This document shows, piece by piece, positions 1-8,951 of a DNA stretch of 20,000 nt. The translations under genes and the position numbers were made by a program. The DNA is from Peribolospora baueri (Eukaryota). The stretch is taken from contig JAMDHS010000041.1 in NCBI GenBank assembly GCA_029717555.1, forward strand, positions 170,332 through 190,331. The letters are read 5' to 3'. The number at the start of each line of letters is the position of its first letter. Position 1 is the stretch's first letter. The notes under the pieces are model-generated. The model saw only the letters and a program-made list of their open reading frames with translations. It made no database searches and had not been told where the DNA came from.

Positions 1-187
1 CTGCATGGAAGAGGCGTCGAACCATGCACCGGTCGTCGTCTGTCGACTGACTGTCTACAGAGGTGGTGTAAGAACTTGGACGGGCCTGGTGTAGGCTCTA
101 CCCCACACACTCTCTCTCTGTGTCTCCCCCCTCCCGCCCATCCATCCCATCGGCCGGCCGGCGTGGGTGTTCATTGGCTTGCCTCGC

Positions 188-217
188 CTTGGCTTGGCTT
201 GGCTTGGCTTGGCTTGG
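188..217. repeat. (CTTGG)6 pentanucleotide microsatellite
   Basis: Read directly from the sequence. Confidence 0.9.
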
Positions 218-605
218 CTGTCCGGCGGGGGAGTCGCGCGCGCGTGCGCGGTAGGGTGGGGTGGTGTTCTCCTGGCTGGGGACGATAGCGCACGGAGCCA
301 TACGACGAGAACGGAGCTGGGGCGGTAAGGTAAGGAAAGAGCATGTATACGCGAGATATACAACCACACAACACTACCTGACTGGCCCTACGTCACCGGC
401 CTGCCTTCCCGGCTAGGGCTCGGTGACTGGCCTTGATGGACGGCGATGGATGGTCTCCGCCGGCCTGGCCGTGCGTTCGCTTGTCCGCCCGTGCGCTCGT
501 TCGTGCACTGGCTCGCTTGTGTGTCGATGCTGTCTGCAGTATGCAGTGTGCTGTGCGCTCTCTATGGCGTATGCCCTACCCTGCGTTCCGTGCGCAGCGC
601 TTTTC

Positions 606-692
606 CGATTTGATTCGACTCGACTCGTCTCGACTCGATTCGATTCGATTCGATTCGATTGCGCGTGCGCATGAGCATGAGCATGAGCATCA
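606..692. repeat. Compound microsatellite: ~11 x CGAYT followed by ~4 x GCATGA
   Basis: Read directly from the sequence (cgactcgactcg...cgattcgatt; gcatgagcatgagcatga). Confidence 0.9.
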
Positions 693-1255
693 GCGCCTCT
701 CTCTCCCGTCCGTCGACCCCGGATTCTGTTTCCTCTTGCGATCCCTGCCCCGTGCGCTGAACGATCAAGCGAGCCGGCTCTCGTCCGCGCTCCTCCGTGC
801 GTATCGGCGACGGCCCGCCTGCCCCGGTCGTCGTCGTCGGCGTCGCTCGCTCGCCTGGCCGCCGCCATCCGCTTCCTTGCCATTCAGGTCCCGACGGTCG
901 GCGGCCACGCTCACTTCCTCCTTCTCTCCTCTCCTCTCCACGACGACCTCTTTCAGCTTCATCTTTTCCTTCCCACCTCCAACATCCCCGTCTCCTTCCC
1001 CGCTCCCAACACTTCTTTCTCCGTGGCGCCTAGCGTAGTCAGCCCGTGTCTGACCACCCCCCACCTCCGCCTCCGCCTCCGCGTCTCCTCTCCCTCGCAC
1101 AACCCCCGACGCCGGCTCCCCCGCAAATTCCAGCAACGAACGTCGGCGATCCGCGTCATCCGCTCCAGTGGTACCACCGCTATCACGCCGTCGTCGCCGT
1201 CGCCGTCGTCTTCCTTCTTCCCAGTCCACTCCACTTCCCCCACGCCCGTCCTACG

Positions 1256-1267
1256 TTATATTATAAT
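1256..1267 (+). promoter_or_regulatory. TATA-like element upstream of the IML2-like distal first exon
   Basis: TTATATTATAAT in otherwise GC-rich DNA, followed by a CT-rich leader and ATG 1529. Confidence 0.4.
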
Positions 1268-1528
1268 CACCACCCACGCGCATCTCCTCTCACTCGCTCC
1301 CCCTTCTCTGCACACCTCTGCACCGCCCCACCTTCCTTCTCTCCCACCTGCCATCTTGCTCTCTCTCTCCCTCCCAGCGTCCCTTCTTTCTACTTGACTT
1401 GACCCGCGCTCTTCTCCTGCCCTCTTCGCTCCCACCACCGACCGCATCCACACGCTCTGCCTCTGCATCCCACCCAACTCTCTACGTGGCCGAACCCGCT
1501 GCCATCCACTCCCACCACTCTCGCATCC

Positions 1529-1680
1529 ATGCCTACCGCCGCCGTCATGCCCGAAACGACCACCGCCGCCGACGCGCCCTCCCCCAAGCAAGCCCTCGCC
1601 GACGCCGCCCTCGCGCGGGCGTCGAGGAAGGAGAGGCGGTCGAGCTTGCAGCGTATCGGCACGGGCAAGATGAGCGTCAG
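1529..1680 (+). CDS. Probable alternative/upstream first coding exon of the IML2-like gene
   Basis: ATG 1529 opens MPTAAVMPETTTAADAPSPKQALADAALARASRKERRSSLQRIGTGKMSV plus AG with C-ending codon bias, then a strong donor GTAAGC at 1681. The phase-2 end joins in frame at the acceptor ctccctcctcAG|G (2187/2188), restoring R-K-R-N of the main ORF. Confidence 0.7.
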
Positions 1681-1694
1681 GTAAGCCACTCTCT

Positions 1695-1709
1695 ATCCAT
1701 CCATCCGTC

Positions 1710-1746
<37 letters not shown>

Positions 1747-1756
1747 TTTCTTCCTT
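1695..1756. repeat. (ATCC)n/(CTTT)n microsatellite in the putative first intron of the IML2-like gene
   Basis: Read directly from the sequence. Confidence 0.85.
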
Positions 1757-1915
1757 CTGTCCATCCCTCCGTCCGATGGTTCCTCGCGCCCGATGAGATC
1801 AATATCTGTCGTGTCGGCATCTGAAGTGAATCAGGGCGTCGTGATGCCGCGAACTGCGCCGGCGATAGCCGCGGCCGTCTCGGTGCATCAGGGCGAGACG
1901 AGGCGGGGACTGTAG

Positions 1916-1929
1916 TATATAGTATATAT
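1916..1929 (+). promoter_or_regulatory. TATA-like element upstream of the IML2-like proximal ATG 2096
   Basis: TATATAGTATATAT followed by a CT-rich tract and caaATGG at 2096. Confidence 0.4.
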
Positions 1930-2095
1930 CTTCTCGGACGGGCACTGTCCACCTGGCAAGCTTGCTTGCGATCGACGCCGCCCTCCGCTTCCATCTCCTC
2001 CCTTTCCTTCGAGTCCCGCTCTCTTCTCTCTTCTCTCTTCTCCCTCTTTTCTTCCTTCTACTCCCCCCTCTTCCCTTCGTCTTCTCCCTCTCCAA

Positions 2096-5000
2096 ATGGC
2101 CTCCGAACCCCGCTTTCTCACCTCGGACCCCTACTCCTCCTCTCGTCGGCCCCCCTCCCGCTCCTCTTCCATCTCCTCCCTCCTCAGGAAACGCAACTCG
2201 CACGCCTCCTTCAACGACGACGCCGCATCCACCTACCGCGACGATGGCACCGCCGCCTCCATCCGCTCGTCCACCGTTTCCAAAGGAAGCAAGCTCTCCT
2301 CTCTCTTCTCCCGCTCTAATAGCGCACATCTCGATACCAATGGCAAAGCCAACGGCACCACCCCCCGAGACGACGCCCTAGACGCCGACCTTTCCACCCT
2401 GCCCATCCGCCCGCGCACCCCCTCGACGAGCTCCAGAAACGCCACCTCCAAGACCATCGGTAAGATCTTCCGCCGCTCCTCTCGATCCACCGCTCCCTCC
2501 CGCGTTTCCGACATCGACGCCGCCGACGACGCCGCGCCCCCGCCGTCGCTCCCCGTCAGCGCCAACGGACACGCCCCCAACGCCGACGACGCGCAGCCGG
2601 CCAAGGCGGAGGATGTCCCGGCCCCGGCCACCACCGCCGTCGAGCAAGGCAAGCTCGACGTGCCGCTCTCAGCGTCTCCCACCGATATCCGTGACCAGGA
2701 CGCTGCTGCCCCCGACTCGCCCGTAAGGGAAGGCCTCGGCTTTGCCGAGAACGGCGAGTCGGACAGCAGCAGCGAAGATGAATTCTTCGAGGCCTACGAA
2801 GCCGACCTGGCCGCCATCGCCGAGGACGAGGAGGACGACGATGTCGCGTCCCCTTCCACGGCCGCCGCCGCTGCTCGGTCCGCTCCCGCAGCCAACATCA
2901 CCGACCACGCCGGACGAGCGTCGCCTGAGCCGTCCAACGAAACCGACCTGGAGGGCATCCGCGCCCGCAACCCAGAGCTGGCCAAAGCGCTTGAGGGCAT
3001 CCCCACGGAGGATCTGTTCAAGGCGGTGAGCGAAAAGGCCAAGGAGCAGACGGGCAAGGCGTTCCGATTGACGTTCCAGGACGTCGTTCAATCCGAGGAC
3101 GAGATGAACGCCGACCTGGGCGAGGCCAAGAAGGCCATGGACCTCTTCCTCAACTCGAGGATGCTCGAGGCCGAGTCCATCTGCATCCGTCACGCCAGCT
3201 CGCAGCTGTACTACTCTGTCGGTTACGCCCTGATTCAGTTCATCAAGTCGCTCATGACCTTTGAGCCCGCCGACCTACACCAGGCCATCGATCACGCCAA
3301 GGACAGCTTGCACATCTCGTCGCTCCTCCGCAAGCACGTCGGCTCCATCTCCTCCGTCACCCGCTTCGTCCGTGGCACCGGCCCCAGCCCGTCCGCCATG
3401 GCCGGCATGACCCGCGTCCAGCGCCACGCCGAGCTCATCTACGGCGAGAGTCTGCTTCTCAAAGCGGTCGTAGGAATCGCCTACTCGGGTGACTTTTTCG
3501 CCTTTGTCAAAGAGGCTCTCAACATGCGTAACGCTTACGGAATTTATAGGAGCTTGGCCAAGTACGTCGAGTGGGCAGACGCTCAGGCCGTCAAGCGTGG
3601 AGATCCGAGGGATTTGAGCTTGGATGAGGACTTCCGCAGCGGCGTTTACCTCGGTAACGGCCTCATTAGCATGATCCTCGGTCTCTTGCCCGGAAAGGTC
3701 CTCAAGGTCATGGAGGTCAGTCGACGTTCCGTTCCGGTCGCGGTGGTCCCATACTCAGCTTAAACTGACACTTTTCCTTTCCTTTCCTTTCGTTTCTAGG
3801 TCTTCGGCTACACCGGCGACAAAGTATACGCGCTCAACACGCTCGCCAAGGCCGCCGACTGGTCGCATGATCCGGATGAGAGGGAGCCAGGGGTCGAACC
3901 GGAGAACGAGGGCGTTAGGAGGCAGATTGTGAGTTTTGGAAGGGGCCCGTCAAGCTCGTCGGCTCCGTCGCTGACATGCGTGCTTCATCTTTTCGCCCGT
4001 GCCAGTGCGACCTGGCCATCCTGTTGTACCATCTCCTCTTCTGGACCTACCTGCCCCTTTCCAACCCATCCGTCGACATTGACTTTGCCGACAAGGTCCT
4101 CCACTACAACCTCCGCAGGTACCCTAAAGGCATCTTTTTCCTCTACTTTTCCGGACGCCTTTACTCTAGCCAGTGTCTCGCCGAGAAAGCCATCAATCAG
4201 TTCCAGACTGCCTTGGGCGCTCAGAAGGAGTATTTGCAGTTGCAGTGAGTAGATCGGCCCGGCCTGGGCAGCGAACGATCGTCATCACTGACTGTCCTGT
4301 CCCCTCGATCGCCCTGATCGTCGCTTCCCAGGCACATCTGTCAATGGGACATTGTACTCTGTCGCCTCGGCTTGTGCGACTTTAAAGAGGCTTACAAAGG
4401 TCTTACTATCCTCCGTGCCGAGTCGAACTGGTCCAAGGCCGTCTAGTGAGCGCCTTTCCTTCCTCTGCCTGTCTCCGCGCCTGCCTTATCTTGGCGTCGC
4501 GCCTCGCCGTCTCCACCCACTGAAGCGTGGCGCTTTCTACGCCCGTTTTTCCGTCGTCATGCAGCACGTACGGCATGGCCTGTTCGCTCTACGAGATGGG
4601 CGAGGACCCGAAGAAGGCGGCCGAGCTGTTCGCCTCGGTGCAAGACGCGATGCGGCGCATTGGTGGCAAGTCCATCCCCGCCGAGGTGAGCTCTCCGTCC
4701 CGCTCTCCGTTCGATTCGACTCGACGCTGAGTTTACCCTACCCGTACCGCTCGACGTCTCGCAGAAATACGTCGCCCGCAAGGCAAGAAAATTCCAGAAG
4801 CAGGGAAGGCTCATCATCCCCGGCATCGAGTTCTCCTACCTCTACCACTGCCTCAGCATGGCACCCCGATGGTCGCTCGCCGAGAACACGCTCGTGCGCA
4901 TCAGCGATGCGTTGGCAGAGTTGCATGCGGTGGAAGATCCGGAGACGTATGGCAAGGATGCGGACGAGTATTGGGACGGTGAGCTCGCGTCCGACGCCAC

Positions 5001-5789
5001 ACGCTCCACCGGCTCGCGGTCGTGTTGACCATTTTTGCTGGCTTCCGTTCGTTCTCCGACCGACCGTGGGACAGATTTCGCCCTCTGCCACTTCATGCGC
5101 GCCGTCACGTTGAAGTACATCGCTTATCCCGAGCCGCATGCCAAGGTCAACCCTCCGGAGAGCCCGTGAGTGCCCATCTATGACTCTTGGTGTCTCTTCT
5201 CTTCTCTTCTCTTCTCATCTCATCTCGTCTCGTCTTGTCTCGTCTCATCTCATCTCGTCTCGTCCATTCCAGCATCCCTATCGAAGAAGCGACAGAACAG
5301 GCGCTCCTGTCGCTGGAGAACGTGATGAAGAACGGCGGAAAGATCAAGCACGATCATTGGCTCGTTTACTTTGGTGAGCGTCTGCGACCTTCTCCTTGCG
5401 GTCGTCGGCGCGAAGCTGCGCTGAGGTAGCGCGCTGTTGACTGATTCGATCCGTCCCTCGCAGCACACTACGAGCTCGGAAGGTTGTACGCGGCGATGGG
5501 CGAAGACGAAAAGGCGGCGGAGCAGTTCGAGCTCGTGCTCAGCCAGAAGCCGCTCGAGGACAGAGGCCGAAAGGGCAAGTACAGCCTGCAGAACATGTGT
5601 CTGCTTCGGAGCAACGGTGCCCTCGATTCGGTGAGTGACCGGGCCCAAATGATCGGCTCTGTTGAATCACCTCGCCGAGTATTGTCATGCATCATCGTCT
5701 CACCCGTCGTTTCGGTTCTATCCCCCGGCTTCGTATGCGCGCAGCTCAAGACGAAAGAAGGGCAAGGAAACGGACGACCGGCTCATTGA
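2096..5789 (+). CDS. IML2: Iml2/TTC39 (DUF3808) family TPR-like protein, ~946 aa from ATG 2096 (~966 aa if the upstream exon 1529-1680 is spliced to 2188)
   Basis: Exons joined in frame at GT..AG introns: 2096-3715, 3800-3928, 4006-4244, 4332-4445, 4565-4685, 4765-4978, 5075-5165, 5273-5373, 5464-5630, 5745-5789 (2841 nt, ends TGA). TTC39/Iml2-like segments: AMDLFLNSRMLEAE, FIKSLMTFEPADL, HAELIYGESLL, NMRNAYGIY, FRSGVYLGNG, VFGYTGDK, YPKGIFFLYFSGRL, ESNWSKAVY, GKSIPAEKYVARKARKF, AHYELGRLY. Long S/A/D-rich disordered N-terminus. Confidence 0.85.
5193..5264. repeat. Degenerate (TCTCN)n pentamer microsatellite within IML2-like intron 5166-5272
   Basis: tctcttctcttctc...atctcatctcgtctcgtc. Confidence 0.85.
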
Positions 5790-6509
5790 ACTAAGTCTTG
5801 AGGAGATCTCTTGCCGACGCGTTTCTCGTCCTCGCCGGTCGATCCGTGGTGACACTTAGAACGCTTCGCCTTCTCTACTTTGCTTACACTACCTCTTTTC
5901 GCCTTGTCGACTGATCTCCTCTCTGTGCTTGTGCCCAACCAACTATCCGCGCCGTCTTCTCCTTCGACGGCGTGCACTTATCTCACTCTTCTTGTCCTAT
6001 CTCTCGCTCTCTTATTCCACTTTTTTGTCTTCTCAATCACCCCGGATCGTCTGTCTGTATTGCCCTTTTCCTTGCCCTTCTTCTCAAGCCAGATCGTCCC
6101 TTTTCCTTTCCTTTCTCGACTCGTCCCATGTCCCAGTGCGACCTATCCTGTCCTACCGCCCTCGTCGTCCTTGGGCCACTCCCTCTCTTCTATGCTACGC
6201 TCCTCCCGTTCCGTTTCTTGACTTTTTTCTTCTTCGTTTCGTTTCGCGAGGCGGAGGACGCGTCTCGGTACATTGCACATGTGATGTATGTCTTTTTCGA
6301 GGTCTGACCGACTTGTTGTGGATGAAATACCATTTCCGTGGGATGCTGGAAATGAATTGAGTGGATGTGTCTTTCCTTGTCCGACTTGTCCTTGTCGTCG
6401 TCCATCCTTCGGTCCTCTCTTCCGTCCTCGTCCCGCCCTCGCTTGCCACAAGGACGCGCGCGCGCGGACGACGGGAGTGTTCGACGCTCGTAACAAATCA
6501 GTGTCGCGT

Positions 6510-6529
6510 GATTGAGCACGTGCTCAATC
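6510..6529. promoter_or_regulatory. Perfect 20-bp palindrome centred on an E-box (CACGTG)
   Basis: GATTGAGCACGTGCTCAATC is its own reverse complement and lies ~210 nt upstream of the CBS-domain gene ATG. A regulatory role is inferred. Confidence 0.5.
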
Positions 6530-6740
6530 GAACTCGCAAGGGCCCGGGGGTGCGTCCTGACATCGTGGTTAACCCCTCGCCGTTCCTTCTCCAGCACAGA
6601 CTCTATCCAGCCGACCTCGCCGCCGCCCACGTCTCAACGCAGGCTTCTCTTCTGTCGCTCCCTCCCCACGGCGCCCGCGCAACGAGATCCACACCACTAC
6701 ACCCCACCCTGCCCTTTTTTTTTGTCCATTACCAAAAAGC

Positions 6741-7868
6741 ATGGCCACACCCACGGCAAACGGCCACGTCAACGTCGCCTCTCAAGGCCACTCCCACTCC
6801 CACTCCAACCACTCCACCATCGCCGTCCTCGGTCCGTCCAGCAATACCGTCCTGCCCGCGACGAGCGCGGCGGATAAGGCGGTTAGGTATCGTGGGGTGA
6901 GTCGACGGTCGGGTGGGAATGAATGCGAGCGTTTGGCTTGCTTGTTGGGGGATAAGTGGGAGTGGAAAGTGCTCTAGATTGGCTTGGACTGTCTGGATGG
7001 ATGGACGGGGGCGGCTACGTGGATAACCTCAGTAGCTCCCGTCGGCTCACGTTTCTGAGCTTGATCGATGGCCTTGGCAACCGGCAGTCCTGACTCGCCC
7101 TCTCTCTCTACTTTTTATCGCTTTGATTCACTTTTTTTTGTGCTCTCTTCTGCATGCACATAGGCCGTGGTAGAGGACTTGCAGCTGCCCCCGGCCGTGT
7201 GCCTGCCGACAGACGCGTCGGTCTCCGCCGCCCTAGAACGTGAGCGAGCGGCACTTCTTCTCGCTCCCTGACGTCTCTCCGGCTTTAGAGATGCTGACGA
7301 ACGATTCGATCCCTTGCACGATGGACGATGGACGATGGGTGATGGACAATGGAACGTCCTTCCAGTCGCGTATGACCACGACTTCACCCAGCTACCACTC
7401 CTCTCCCCTAAGAGTCGCAAGCTGGTCGGCTACGCTGACATGCCAGCGCTCAAGGCACGCCTGGATGAAGGTACGCTCGACCTCGCCGATCAGGTGGGCA
7501 AGGCCATGATAAGGTTCAAGAGAGGCGGCGATAGGGAGTTTGTCGTCATCGAGCCCGGGACGGGCTTGGCTGAATTGGAAGGTGGGTATAGAGACAGGGC
7601 GAAAGGGACGACGTCTTCCCTTTGTTCCTTATCAAAACCCTCATCACTGACCGTACCCCGATTCCGGCCCGACCCGAACAAAATCGTTCTTTTAGATTTC
7701 CTCGTCCGACACCCCTTCGCCCTGATAACTTCCCCAACCTCCTCTCCCGACGGCACCCGATTCGTCCTGGCCGTCGCCACGCGCGATGACTTGGCCAAGT
7801 TTGTGGAGCGTCGATTCGGTACGAGTTCGACGGCGATGGCCGCGGCCGCGCCGGCGAACGGTATTTGA
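6741..7868 (+). CDS. Small stand-alone CBS (Bateman) domain-pair protein, ~206 aa
   Basis: Exons 6741-6896, 7164-7239, 7366-7581, 7696-7868 join in frame. YRGAVVEDLQLPPAVCLPTDASVSAALELAYDHDFTQLPLL...KLVGY and FVLAVATRDDLAKFV resemble the C-terminal regulatory CBS pair of cystathionine beta-synthase. No PLP catalytic domain is present. Confidence 0.75.
7319..7353. repeat. Degenerate (CGATGGA)n heptamer repeat in intron 2 of the CBS-domain gene
   Basis: cgatggacgatggacgatgggtgatggacaatgga. Confidence 0.75.
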
Positions 7869-8951
7869 GCGGGAACGGGGAACAGGAACGGGAAAGGTGG
7901 TGGCGGCTGCAAACTCGGGTGGAGGTTTGGGAGTGGGCAAAAGAAAAGCGAGAAAGATGTGATGTGGTTTTTTATATCGCATCCCGCTTCGGTCCGAGTA
8001 CGGACGCGACTATTCAATGCGACGCGCTTTTTCTCGGATGTGCGCGAGGCACACTGCTGGAAGAAGAGCGATGGTCGGATTATGGAGAGCCAGAGGGAAA
8101 GGAGAGGAGAATGGCAAGGCAGACCCGATAAGGAATCGGTCGATAGGTCTACACGTCTTCAGGCGGGCTTCCCGGTAGCCACCAAAGTTACTTGGGGGTT
8201 CGTCGTAAGCCTTGGATCTTGGGCCGAGGCACACTGCTGCGTCTCCGTCATCAGGGACCATTGGCCTCATTGGCAGGCAACACACTAACTCTGAGCGGCC
8301 AAAGTGCTCCGGCCCGGACGCCCATGACGCCGAGTCCAAGATGAGCGAGGTTGCACCCAGGGGCCCAAGTCGGCCCTACTGGACATGTTAGCCTGGAGAC
8401 GCAGCCGTAGACGGACGGAGAGAATGGGTAAGAATGAAGATGACAGTGGTGCTGGCTCGTGATTGGTCGTTTGCCCGCAGGGGGGGACGTAAGACGGATG
8501 GTAGCAGTTCCTTCCCCATTACCATGAGACCTCTGTTATTGTCTTTGTTTTCTTCTGCCTCTTGCGTTCAGGTCGACGTCGAGATTGGGTCGGTAGGACT
8601 CTCGCAGTGACTGTCAATGGCACCCCATCTGCGAGACATAGAAGCTGCTCGTGATCAGCGATTCAAAAAGCTCTATTATTTCATTTACATTCGTCTCCGA
8701 ACACTCTATTGGTCGACTGCGGCCAGCTCGGTGTCACTCGCTGCCACAGCCACCGGATGCCGACTGACAACGACTCGTCGCTCCCGCTCGGTCGTCCGTT
8801 CTTCACTCTCCAGTCCGGAGACGATACCTCGTCTTTCTTGACGACGTACGCACGCAGGACGACAATCGCCATCTTTCCCTTCGTTACAGCAGCCTGCCGC
8901 TACGGCGGCGAAGGCGGCAACGACGACGACGAAGCTTAGGAGGCGTAAAGC

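Noticed and set aside
45..60. Branch/acceptor-like gactgactgtctacag near the window start
   Set aside because: No convincing exon follows and the upstream context lies outside the window.
606..692. Regular short repeats as a possible CRISPR-like array
   Set aside because: These are tandem 5-6 nt units without spacers in a eukaryotic context, i.e. simple microsatellites.
55..1500. Numerous overlapping ORFs on both strands (e.g. 433-1038 +, 413-883 -)
   Set aside because: They translate microsatellites and CT-rich leader sequence and show no recognisable domains. Long open frames are expected in GC-rich DNA.
5790..6360. Hydrophobic ORFs 5880-6221 and 5929-6360
   Set aside because: This is pyrimidine-rich 3' UTR of the IML2-like gene; the ORFs have non-ATG starts and low complexity.
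8428..8571. Possible + strand intron (GTAAGA ... pyrimidine tract TTCAG) upstream of the CNH-like gene
   Set aside because: There is no clear branch motif or coding continuity, so it cannot be supported without transcripts.
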